From Microbotryum violaceum (taxonomy: Eukaryota): DNA of 64,000 bases. Positions 52,529-64,000 of the stretch are shown here, piece by piece. Numbering within the stretch: position 1 is the first letter of the stretch; each line of letters opens with the position of its first letter. Both the position numbers and the translations under genes were made by a program. The notes below the pieces were generated by a model. The model ran no database searches. It saw only the letters and a program-made list of their open reading frames with translations, and had not been told where the DNA came from. Location: assembly GCA_001244265.2 (NCBI GenBank), contig CDLV01000008.1, forward strand, positions 1,364,001 through 1,428,000, written 5' to 3'.

Positions 52529-55500
52529 ATGGCACCTCGCGTCGTGCCCGGCAACCCGCAATGGATTGAATGGATCAGGACACTCGAGCTCGCCGCAGAA
52601 GAAAAGGGTTCTCGAGCGGCCAACTCGTGGGCCAAGGTACGTCCGGCCAGCCACTCCACCCGATCTTGCTCCAGGCTGACGCTCGTTTCTTTGCGATCAC
52701 CCTCCCTCGACGCGTTCCGCCCCCCCACTCAGGCAAGGAGGTCGTTCGAAAAGTGCCCGATCGTGTTCAATCACCCCGACGAAGCGCTGCAGCTCGAAGG
52801 TGTCGGCAGAAAGACGGTTGAAACACTGCTACACAAGATTACTGAAGAATGTAGACGCGTAGGTATGCCTCTTCCAGAACGAGGTCAGTCAGTTTACTGG
52901 TTTCTCCGTTGAGCCGGGACCGAAATCTTGACCCCTCTTTGCAATCTGGCACTGTGCAGCGACCGTGCCGAGACGTGTTGGGGCAGCAGCGAAGGGAGCG
53001 GTAGCACCACCCGTTCGAGATGCGACCACGGGGAATGCCGTCCCTGGGCCTTCTCGGAAATGTCCGAATTCGGGCTCGGTGGCCCTGCAAGAAGCGGCCG
53101 AGGATCAGTTGCGAGAAGCTCGGCGGCGCAGGCTGCTCGGACTGCCCCCGGAACCTTCAAGCTCGCCTTCTCACCACCAACACCACTCTGCCGTTGCGTA
53201 TACCTTGGTTCGGAACGAGAACGTCAACGCTGCCGCCGGTCTCGCTCGATCGCGCAAAGCCGCGGTCCCCAAGGCCTACGTCCCGCGTCGGGGCTCGGGG
53301 TCGTACGCGATCCTGCTCGCGTTGTACAAGAGCTGCTCGTACGACGAGCCGCAGGTGTGGACGACCAAAGCCAAACTCATGGAGGAAGCCTCCGAGTTTA
53401 GCGAACCTCCGATGGATCGACCCATGGCGGCACGCAACGGTGGCACCGAAGCGGGGACGGGCTTTTACAGCGCCTGGAACGGTATGACAACGTTGATAAG
53501 CAAAGAGTTAGTCTCGTGCGACAACAAGCGGCCCATCAAGTACTCATTGACGGACGCGGGATATGCGCTCGCGGACAGCCTCGCAGAAGCTGCGGGCATG
53601 GCGAAGCATGTCAGAGGCCCCGGACCAGCTCCGGTCCTATGGAACGCGCCGCCGCCGCCACCACCTCCAGGGGTCGCTCGCTCGTTTCAAGAGAACTTTG
53701 TCGCAGGCGGCACAGCGGGGAATCGACTCGGATGTGCAGCATCGGCGATAGATCTTGCTTCCGTGGGACCGACGGGGCGGTTCCCGAACAATGCCCACCG
53801 CACTCGACCTCGCTCGCCCCCACTCTTTGCCGACCTCGGCCGCATGGGCCACGACGAGGCTCGGTCCGAGGACGACGACGACGATCCCGAGTTTGCCGAG
53901 CAGATGCGTCAAGCAAAGGCGCTGAGTCGCCAGGAGAGTCAACACCCCTCCTCCTCGTCGTCGACCGTGATGAACCGGGATCTGATGAACCGGGATCTGA
54001 TGAACCGGGATCTGATGAACCTACGGCCGTCGCCTCCACCCTTGCCCGCGAGCCGACCGTTCTTCGACTCGAGTCTCGACGGCCGCAGAGCCGTTTCGGG
54101 TCACTATGCCGCTGCTTTACCCGCCGCCCCAGGCGTTCCTGCCGCGGGCAACGTCGATCTCCCTTTTGGGTACTATTACCTTGACGAGAGTGAGTCGTGT
54201 ACCGACAGCACTCTGCCACTCCCGTGGCCCCAGGACATTGCTGAGCCTGCGTTTCCCACGACCCCTCACCACTCCGCAGCTGACGCGAGGGTAACTCGAC
54301 GCGATCAAGCCGAGGTGGGACAGGAGGAGGGAACGCTCGCACCGATGTACCGCATCGAGTACCGCACCGCTCAAGCCCTGCATCAGATGACGCGCAGTGT
54401 CCTGAGAAGCACGACGCTAGCTCGCGGGACGCCACTCCCCGGTGGACGCACGATGACTGGCTACCTGCGAGGTCGCGTCGCAAATTCAGTCGCTCCTGGC
54501 TTCCCGTCCATGAGTGTGGCAGCTTCTTCAACCGCGGTCGCGGCCTCCTCGACCGCTCGAACGCAGTTCCCGGAAATGAACCTACTGGCGGGCTACAAGG
54601 AGTGCCCGCCTCCCTTGGACAAAGATGCGATGTACGCGCCGCCCCCTTCGGTGCGTCGGCTTAGAGGTGACCCCGCGCTGCAGCCTCCCTCTGTCGCTCG
54701 GCGGCCGGCGGATGCCGCTTCGACGTCGAGAGCCACGACTCTGGATTGCGATGGGAAGCAGGACGCGGGCAGTTACGGCACGTCTTCGCCAAACTTGTCC
54801 TCGAGTCGCATCGCGGCGGCCTCATTGATTTCTCACACGACCGCTTCACTTCCTGTCCCTCTCGGGGACCGTTACGGACCTGCGGATACTTCCGGTTTGA
54901 GCACGCGGCTGGACCGCACTCACCAGAAGCTGCCGCCTGCTGTGGCGCTGTCACGAGCCGATGCACCTGCTGGACGACCCCTGGCCCGCACCTCGTCGTC
55001 GCAGAACCCATTGCTCGCCTCCTTTGATCAGTTCCCGAACCCGCTCATCAACCGCCACCCTCTGGACCCCGTCAAGGACCACGTCGCTACGGTGCCCTAC
55101 GTCCATCACCCCTTCTCCGCCAAGGTCTTGATTGCGGGCACGTTCCGCGTCATGCTCATCATTGACTCGCGAGAGGTGGGCTTGCCGATGCGCGGCAAGC
55201 GGACGGAGATGATCAAATCGCTCGAAAAGGAGAACGTCCCCTGCGATCGGCGCATGCTGCCCCTGGGGGACATGATCTGGGTCGCTCGACCGATCAATTC
55301 TTTCGGCCAACCGACCGGAGAGGATGATGTCGTACTGGACGCGATCGTCGAGCGCAAGAGGCTCGACGATCTGTGTCACTCGATTATCGATGGGCGGTAC
55401 GTCAGCCAAAAGATTCGGCTCAAGGATTCGGCCATCTCGCACCGCATCTACCTGATTGAAAAGTACGACGACAAGAGTCAATGTGAGGCCGCGTTTCCTT

Positions 55501-56320
55501 CATTTCTTTCTTTCGTGTCCCCGTGGCCCTACTGATCCGCGGACCGTTATATAATTTTTTTGCGTTGCAGACGCTCAGTGTAAAACCACCCTTTTGACGT
55601 TTAGCTGTCACTTGCTTGAATGCAACTGACGTGATTCCAATTTTCCTCTGCAGTCGGGAAAGCGATCTGGACGTGCAAGTCTCAGTTGCAGATCAACGAC
55701 GGGTTCTACGTACACGAGTCGGGCAGCTTCAAGGACACCATCACGTATCTCAAAATGCAAACGCAGATTGTGCGCGAACAATACGAAGTGAGTACTCAGT
55801 CGTCGTGTCCACGGCTGCTCACATTTTGAAACAGCGGGCTAACAAGAGTACTTCTACGCACCAGTCGCAAGATCTGCTCGTCATTCCGGATACGTCCATT
55901 GACCGACCGACCTACCTCTCGATGCAACGCCACCTTCAAGCGACTTCCCCTGCGTACCGCTACCTGACGACGTACCGTGCGTTCGAGGAACTGAATAAGG
56001 CCGACGCGGCACTGACGCTGCGTGCGCAGTGGGCGCGTATGCTGTCCTGCGTCTCGGGACTGTCGGCCGAAAAGACTGTGCAGTTCATCGGTCGTTGGTC
56101 GACGCCAATGCAATTCTTTGCCGAAGGTTCGGAATGGAGTAGGATCGTCAAGGAGGACTCGTTCGTTGCCGTTGAGGGCAAACCGGTGCCGAAAAGGGCG
56201 AGGAAGGAGGAGGACTTTGTCGTTGAGCACCTGGAGGAGGTCGGGGCGAGGGGAATCAAAGGCAAGCTCGGGTCCAAAGTTTGGAAACTTTTCCAGACAG
56301 GCACCGCGTACGCTGAGTAA
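52529..56320 (+). CDS. MUS81: Crossover junction endonuclease Mus81 (multi-exon)
   Basis: N-terminal HhH (ALQLEGVG), winged-helix YVPRRGSGSYAILLAL, ERCC4 nuclease IIDSRE...LGDMIW...VERKRLDDL.SIIDGRY..QK.RL, C-terminal HhH; GT-AG introns. Confidence 0.92.
53970..54020 (+). repeat. In-frame 15-bp tandem repeat encoding (MNRDL)3 within MUS81
   Basis: ATGAACCGGGATCTG three times. Confidence 0.9.
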
Positions 56321-56428
56321 GAAGGTGGTGACCAGAACATGCTTTTCTTTCACTGTCGACAACTATGCGAACTATGATACAACAAAAACTAGATGCAATT
56401 GCTAGCGTTACAAGCGTATGACCTGTGG

Positions 56429-58381
56429 TCAAGGGCTGGGAGAAGAGTCATCGTCCCCGCCCAGCAAGTTCCACCGCTTCGACTGTGCAATTCACTATCC
56501 GGGTCAGCTGCGTACGGCGGGCGTAAAAAAGCCAGCACATGTTCGTAACAGACCTTTTTGGACATTCTGTGGTCGATCCCTTGCGTCGGTCCAAAGTGCG
56601 ACGCGGCAGGTGTCTGCGTGGGCGGAGGACGTTGCGACAGGGCTGCTTGCGTCAACTGATCGATCTGCGCGAACGCATCGTCGCCAAAGTCGTCCATCGC
56701 GGCTCCGTAGTCGAACTCGTCTTCGCCTTCGTCTGCATCTTGGTCGCCATGCAGAGCTCGCATGGGAGGCGGAGGGGCTGGGGGCGAGGGGGGTTCCTGC
56801 GTAGGTATCGCGCGATTGAACAAGGGCCGTTCTTGCTCTACTGCCCGATCCTGCGCCTTCTTCCCCCGTTCTGCATGCACGCGCAGTGGTTCCTCTTCCG
56901 CCTTCCCTCTCCGACCTCTGACCATGTTATCGCTGTCCCTCGCAACGTCGTCCTGATCATCCCCACCAAAGTCGGTTGTGGCGATGACAAAGTCGGCTCG
57001 GAAATTCTCGGCCTCAACAAGGATCAAGACCGGTTCGCCGCCTCTCGAACAAGCGACGTCGACCGTTGCCGGAACCGCATCGGCCAAAGCGATGATGGAT
57101 TTGAACTCTTTGAGACCAAAGGTGATGACCGACGGGCGCAAGACTTCGTACAAGTCAAAGTCCGAGACGGAGATGACGAGCTCGGTCGAGAGGGGTCGCG
57201 AGGAGAGGGAATCGGCTGAAAAACCGAGGAAACAAACCGGCGCTTATGCACCAAGGTCAGTGACTCCTGACGGACAGTCTCGAGACTCTTAGCTCTGGAC
57301 TGACCTGGGTTATCGGAGGAAGTATCTAAGCCGAAGGAGCGCAGGCGACACGAGTTTTCGTGCAGGTCGAACGAAATCTCGTCTGAGCCTCCGCCCTGAG
57401 AACCCGAACGCAAATGGAAGTGATCTGTCCTACAAGTTCATACTCTTGTTGTCAGCAGAGAGTGGGAGTCGGTCTAGGAAGACAAACGAGGGAAGACTGT
57501 ACTGACCACTCCTTGAGGATGCGACTGGATGCGATCCAGGTGATGGTGCAGGCGTCTCGTTTCGCTTGAGGATACAGTGCCGTCGAGCCCGAGCTGTAGG
57601 TCATACGATGGGTTTTGGTGACGCCTATGGGGCCATCAAGCGATCTGGGTGAGTAAGAATAGAGCCGAACCAGGGACGAGCGTTTGGCTCGGATGGTGAA
57701 CGGGGCGAAATTTGCACTAACCATGGTGACAGTGCAGTCGTATGACGATGCGGCACTGGGGTGCGGCGGCGGTTGCGGAACCACTCGCGGACGTTGCGTC
57801 ATCATCATCGTCGCCGTAAGATCCATTGTGTCGGCGATGTTGGGTGAGGTCCTGGCCGGTGACGGAGATGGAGCACGTCTCGATCGTGTTGGCCGAGCGA
57901 GGTCGCAGAGGGGAGAGCAGCGCCTGGGGTGGGGGAGGAACAAATCAGCGGGGGCATACGACGCGGGTACGAGTGTGTGTGTGGAGATTGCCGCCTACTT
58001 TGCCCACGACCGAAAACGAGACGATCGCTTCGCCCACGGGTGCGCGGACGTGGTAGCTCGGAAAGAAGTGGGCCGGGAAGGTGACGGCGGCGAAGGCGGT
58101 GCGCGAGGCGTTGATGGACGACAGCTTGAGCTGACGAGGGGCGGCGACGACGTGAATTTCTTCGCCCCATTTGGTGAGGCACGCGATCGCACGGGTAAAG
58201 TCTGTGGGATGCACGAGCCGAGAACGCGAGGATGCGGAGTCCGGGCGGCCCACGAGGAGGTAGATTGGGTCAGCTGATTGACATTCAAGCCTCGGCGCGC
58301 GTCGCGACGTGGATCGCTGCGAAATGGGCGACGATCAGACTGACGACGTAGCGCTGAGCCGGATGCGATGACCAGATCCAT
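56429..58381 (-). CDS. RAD9: 9-1-1 checkpoint clamp subunit Rad9/Ddc1 (multi-exon)
   Basis: FTRAIACLTKWGEE...LSSINASRTAFA...FF, GVTKTHRM, ITFGLKEFKSIIALAD...GEP...FVIAT, acidic tail; S. pombe/human RAD9 family, not budding-yeast RAD9. Confidence 0.88.
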
Positions 58382-58725
58382 CACCTCCAGTGACGCCGCT
58401 GCGAGGTGGTTACTCGTCGCTAGGGAGGAGCCAGCTACACGGAGAGAGTCGATGTAGGAGAGCGCTGTGTTGACGGACTGCCGTCGCTCGTCGCGCGCTG
58501 CACGACCGAGGGCAGGCAAGGCTACGGACTGGGAAAGGCGGGCAGTAGGCGGAAGTAGGGAGCGGTAGGGAGTATTAGGCGGGATTAGGCAGGATTAGGC
58601 GGGCGGTCCGACCAGGTCCGACCGGGCTCTGTTCGCGCTCACGTACTTGCTCGTGCTTGGTGCCTGTTGGCTTCCTGCAGGCACGACGCCGGTAAGCTTG
58701 GCTGCTCTCCACCCCGCACGACGCG

Positions 58726-59921
58726 ATGCTGCCACGCCTCACCTCTCGCTCACGGCCATTGACTGCTGCTGTGACGGCGCGCGTCTCGGCACCATCAACA
58801 GTCGCCACAGTGCAACCGTGGATTCGGCACTGGACACGAACGATGCACCACACATCGCGACGGACGGCCCAGTGTGAGCTCCATGCCCTCATACAGAGGC
58901 GACCGAACGACGGCACTAACCATGCGCACCCCCAAAACAGACTACTTTGATACGGCCGACTACGTTTCGCGCTTCGAGAAGCATGGCCTCACGCCCGCCC
59001 AGGCCGAAGGCGTCGTCGATACGCTCGAGGACATCATCGGCGAGTCCATCAGGAGCATGCAGGGCAACCTCGTCACCCGGGAGGAGCAGGAGAAGGTACG
59101 AGCAAATCCACCGGGCAATCTTGAGACTCATTGCCCAGACTTATCGCGTCCTTGAACCCGACAACAGCGACACTACACCCAAAAGGTCAGAATCGACGGG
59201 GAGCCGCTCAGTCCTCATCCCGAGATTATCGCTCACCTTCCGTTCACTCCAGGTCGACTTTGCCTCACTTAAGCAAACCTTGGAACTATCGGAAAAGACA
59301 GATTTCGTCAACCTCAAGGCCGAGAATGAGCGCCTCTTGGGCGACATTGAACGGCTTAAGCAACGTTTGCGCGAGGAAATCACCCGGACCCAGGCCGGCG
59401 TCCGGCTCGATCTCAACTTGGAAAAGGTGCGGGCACTTCACCCAACATCGAGCCCATAAGGCATCGTGAGCTCTGGTTGATTCTCTGTTCTTCGCTCCGC
59501 AGGGTCGAATCCGGGACGAGTTGTCGATGAGAGTCGTCCGATTGGCCGATGTCGACACGCGGATAGAGAACGAAATCGGGTTGCTGAGGACATCGCAAGT
59601 CTTCTTTCTACTCTTGCCATGTACTGTTGTTTCAGTTCACTCACGAAGATACACTTTCATCGCTTGCACAGAATGGAGGCCGTCAAATTCAAGTGAGTGA
59701 TTTGCTCCTTCAGCGACCAAAGACGGTTCGGCACCGTGGGGTAAGATTAAACTGCTAAACTGTTTTCTCGCCCGCAGTATCCTGCAATATGCCTTCGCCG
59801 TCATGTCCGGTACCGGTGCCCTCTTGCTCGCATATCTTCGCATGTACGTTGACCTAGGACAGAGTCAATGCAAAATGTTTGCGAACTGACCGGTTTCTGC
59901 CTCGTCAGGTTCGCGCACTAG
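58726..59921 (+). CDS. Mitochondrial DUF1640 / CCDC90-MCUR1 family protein (Fmp32-like), multi-exon
   Basis: Arg-rich presequence, YFDT...HGLTPAQAEG, RLREEITRTQAGVRLDLNLEKGRIRDE, C-terminal TM GTGALLLAYLRMF. Confidence 0.87.
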
Positions 59922-60197
59922 TCTGTTACATTTTTGGGGGATGGCGCATGTACTACTAACATACTCTCGCGTACTCTTTGCTGGTATTGAGAAACTTTTT
60001 TTCGCTGTTCATGCACTGGCGAGTCTCTGCAGCGAGCGAAAGTACGTGAATATTTCCCATTCAGGGGCCCTGTTCGACAAACAAGTTCTTAAGACGAGCG
60101 ATTTTACATGCAATTCAGTCATACACAGTGTAGTTTTGTGGCTCTATAACGTGTAGTCCGAATGACAATCACTATCATAAGAGTATTCACGTGGGGC

Positions 60198-62430
60198 TTA
60201 GTACCCACCCCTCATGCCACCACGACCTCCACCACGACCTCGGCCTCCACCGCCGCCTCCACCTCGGCTGCCACCTCGGCCTCCCGATCGTCCTCCTCGA
60301 TCGCCAGAGAAACCGCCCTCTGCGCCATTACCCGAGCCACCACCAACTCCGCCGCCATTGAACCCACTATTTCGGCCTCCTTGCCCGCCCTTGCCATCCC
60401 CCGGAAGCACATTCAACCCCTTCGTTCCCTTCAACCCCATCTTGCCGATCGTCTTGGCCGGAATACCCGGCACCGCACCCGAAGCACCATCGAATGCAAG
60501 GCCATCCGGGGCCGTCGCGAACGCGTTGAACGTCGCGACCATATTTTCCGCCGAACCTCGGAACGAATCTTTAAGGTACGTCTTGTAGAAACCCAACGTC
60601 GCACCGTAGAATTGCGATTTGAGATCGTCGTCGATCGTACGCATCGCAGCGGCAACTTGGGTCTTGGCCGTACGAAACGCGGCACTGTCGGGTTTCAACT
60701 CGGTCGAGGCGAGAGGATGATCTTGGATGGGGAGGGCCTTGATCTCGCGCTTGTTCAAGAAAAAGGTCTCGAAGGGGGAGAGGATCAAGACGCCCGAACC
60801 GGAGGCACCGGCACGAGCCGTTCGTCCCAAACGGTGGATGTATTGTTCGGGAGCCGAAGGTAAGCCTACTTGGAGTACGGTCGTCACGCCGGGGAAGTCC
60901 ATTCCTCGGGCGGTCACGTCAGAGGAGAACAGGATCGCAAACGGCGCGGCCTTGTACGCTTCGGCGGCGGCGTTGCGCTGCGATTGAGATTTGCGCGAAT
61001 GAATTTCGAGCACAGGCAGGCCCAGGTTCAAGCGGGTAAAGAGAGCTGCAGCGAGGCCGGTAGCACGGGCAGTGGGAAAGAAGGCCATCTGAAAATTTCG
61101 AAAAAACAAGTATACGAACGGAGTCGTCAGTCTTGGCGCCTGTGAGACAAGTTGTGAAGCGCAGCAGAGTCGGGGCTCACGATTTTGGTCGCTGGTCCGT
61201 GGGTGGCGATCTCGGCGCGAATGGCGACGAGCGTCGCCGCGAACGAGTCGTGCAGGTCCGCAACGACGGAGAACTGAGGAACGTGCTCGTGGGTATTCTG
61301 GTCCTCCTCGGTCAAGGTCGTGACGAAACGATGGGTAGGCAGCAGCGCCAGCGAGGCGATCTGGTGCACCTGCGCGGGGATCGTCGCCGAGAACAAGAGC
61401 GTTTGCCTCGGTTGCACGTCACGACGGGGGAGGAACTGAAGAATCTTCTCAATCTCGCGACGGAACCCTTGCTCGAGCAGACGGTCGGCCTCGTCGAGGA
61501 TCAGCGCGCGGCACTCGGAGAGCTTGAGCTTGAGGTTCGAGTTTTCGAGGTGGTCGAGCATGCGGCCCGGGGTCGCGACGAGGATGTCGCACCGCTGGTT
61601 GTTGAGGCGCGTCGTTTCGCTCTTCATGTTGGTCCCACCGACGACGTGCTGGACGCCGAAAGGGGTCGACGAGAGCAGGATGCGAGCGGCCTCTTCGATC
61701 TGGATCGCGAGCTCTCGCGTAGGGGACATGATAAGGATCGAAATGCGGTCGGCCTTGGGTTGCGGATTGGAGCGAAGCAGAAGTTCAATCGAAGGAATGA
61801 GGAACGCTAGCGTTTTTCCCGTGCCCGTCTTGGCTTGGGCTAGACTAAAGGCAGCAATTGAGGAGTGGGAGAGAAAGGGGTCAGTCCGTGCGACAGGGGC
61901 GGGACAATTCGGCTCCGATCCCCGAGAGGGGCGGACTGGTGATAGCCAAGCAGAAGATGCCGGAGAAGGAGATCCAGGAACCGAAGGAAGAACACTTACA
62001 CGTCAACGCCGGTGAGAATGACGGGCAAGGTTGCCTCTTGCACGGGGGTGCAGTAGATGTGAGGAGGGCTGAGCGCGGCGATGCCCTGCGCGGTGCGCTG
62101 CGAGATCTTGCCCTGGTGGTACAGATCCTCGAACTTGAGCTGCGTGAAGGCCTTGGACGAGTCGCCGGCGACCGGGGTCATGGTTCCCGTCGGAGTCGGG
62201 GCTTGCGACGACAATGCAGGGGTCGAAGTGCCCGTACCCGGGCCTGCCGACGCTGCGACCGTGGACAAACGAGACAGCAGTGACAATCCGGGTCCACCAG
62301 CAGTCGAGGGCGTGGCCGGTCCCGAGGCCGACGCGAGCTTGGGTGCAGAGGAAGTGGCCTTCTTCTGCGGCCGTCTCCTCTTGTGGGGTCGACCGTCGTT
62401 CGTAGGGGGTGGGTTGCGGGGTTGTGACAT
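60198..62430 (-). CDS. MSS116: DEAD-box RNA helicase of the Mss116/CYT-19 type with an RGG tail (multi-exon)
   Basis: TPVQ, AQAKTGTGKT, SPTRELA, ATPGR, DEAD, FSAT, ARGMD, YIHRLGRTARAG, HEHVPQ; subfamily assignment less certain than the family. Confidence 0.85.
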
Positions 62431-63089
62431 GGCTGGGTGGAAAGAATGGATGGGATCGATGGAGGATGCAGGAGTGCAAGCGCCGCGAATCACGCGTCCG
62501 AGGCTCGTCGTTGCGAAGGAGTCGAATTGGAACCGAAATACTCGTCGGCGCAAATCCTGGATTTTGAGCTTCCTGCTCGAGCTCAGCAACTGGGAGGTCA
62601 TAGACGGGTGGACGGTAACGGACCGGGGTGCGCAACACTACAGTCCGATGGGGCGATTGTCAAGAATCAGATGGCGCCGGAATCCGGTCGCGAGTGCGAG
62701 TAGTACATGAACGACAGCTACTTTCACACCGGCTGTCGGCCCACGCCGCGCCCACATCACTCGATCACTGACGGGTCCGAATTTTCCATCACGTGACTTT
62801 TCCCGGAACCCGCAAGCATTTTTCAAGATTACGGTTTCCGCTATACGATACAGAAAAACAATACGACGTGAAGACCCACGGAGAGTAATGTGATGGAAAT
62901 TCGGCGGCTTGCGCACGGTGAGGTTGGGTGCGGCTCTGGTATACTGGTAGGCTCTGGCGATCTGGCTGGCTCTGGTGGGGCGTCGAATTTCGACAGTCGG
63001 TCGAGCCGATGTGGGTGACTCTGCGCTTGTCCGCTCGTGGCAAGCAACTTACCTCGAACAACGCCGAGGCGAGCGTAGCGGGTTAACGC

Positions 63090-64000
63090 ATGTCTGGACC
63101 ACTTGGGAACGGCGATGGAGGAGGGGACCTCAGCACGGTCCGTCCCATCAGTGCTCGGCAAGGCAGCTGGGCCGACTCGTCGCCCTGGGGAAACACGACG
63201 ACCACGGGCACCCCGACCGCTCGAAGGACGACGGGCTCGACGCACATTCACGAGGAGCCACCCTCGTTACTCCCGCTGCTTCGTAGGTTCAAAGAGTCGG
63301 GGAGCATCTCCCTTGCACCTACCGCGCTTACTGGGCAGGTATCTCAATCCAGACGACTCGAATGTGCCACCCCTGTATCTCCACGCGTGGCGAGGGGCTC
63401 AGCCGATCCGCGACACCGTCTCGCTTGGAGCAGTGATGCGTGTGCTGTCCTCCGGAGGTATCAAGCAGGCCAGCATCGACAAGGCAAGCGCACTTCAGAG
63501 TGTCTGCTGATATGCTCGACCTAGCGCTGACGTTAATGGTTATGCTCCTCTGTTTGGTCCCCGTTCGGTTGCCCACTCCCCACACGGTCCGCCGCTGGAC
63601 TCCCCGAAAACCTGTTAAAATAGATCGTATTATTGGTGACGCCAACTTCCGGTATCATCACCAAGCAACAGTTCTACACCTCACTTGTGCTCCTTGCCCA
63701 CGCCCAACTCCACCGCGAAATTTCACTCCAAGTCGTGGCCCGAGCCATCGAGGTCGGCTCGCTGCCGATCCCCACCCTGTCCAGTTCTTCGGCTTCGTCC
63801 GCGGCGGTATACTCTGCGCCGTCATCGCCGACGTCCATGACCTCCCCACCAGACTATCGCCGATCAACGTCTATGTCGTCCACGAACGACGACCCTTGGG
63901 GGACGGGAACCGCCGGTGGCTCCGGCGCGGTCAAAGCGAGCGGCGGTAGTCAGCTCCATAGCTCGATGGGTGCCAGTCGCCCCACCTTCCCGCCCGTCGA
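63090..64000 (+). CDS. Probable 5' part of an unknown spliced gene running off the window
   Basis: ATG divergent from the helicase, low-complexity S/T/P-rich coding-like sequence, candidate splice donor near 63339. Confidence 0.35.

Overview
GC-rich, intron-rich fungal DNA, probably a basidiomycete yeast (Rhodotorula/Sporidiobolales-like; inferred from gene structure and composition). Positions 1-47.9 kb are almost entirely a same-strand, head-to-tail array of L1/Tx1-clade non-LTR retrotransposons from four families (called A, B, C, D here). Their ORF2 has APE endonuclease, RT with FADD and a C-terminal CCHC; ORF1 has a zinc knuckle in A, B and C. Most copies are joined directly through poly(A) tracts. 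The junctions carry strings of very short 3'-end 'tags' (5-135 nt of an element terminus plus its own oligo(A)). Nested in the array are two defective Ty1/copia elements (one with a 375-bp foldback), a non-autonomous Mutator-like element and an intron-containing tRNA-Arg(CCU) gene whose 5' end faces the start of the right-hand sub-array. A composite unit of about 3.3 kb occurs three times. From about 48 kb there are ordinary genes: an unknown protein with SIM-like motifs, a coiled-coil protein, MUS81, 9-1-1 clamp RAD9, a DUF1640/FMP32-like gene, an MSS116-like DEAD-box helicase and the start of an unknown gene. Many frameshifts sit in homopolymers and may be sequencing errors. All calls are by eye; no database search was run.
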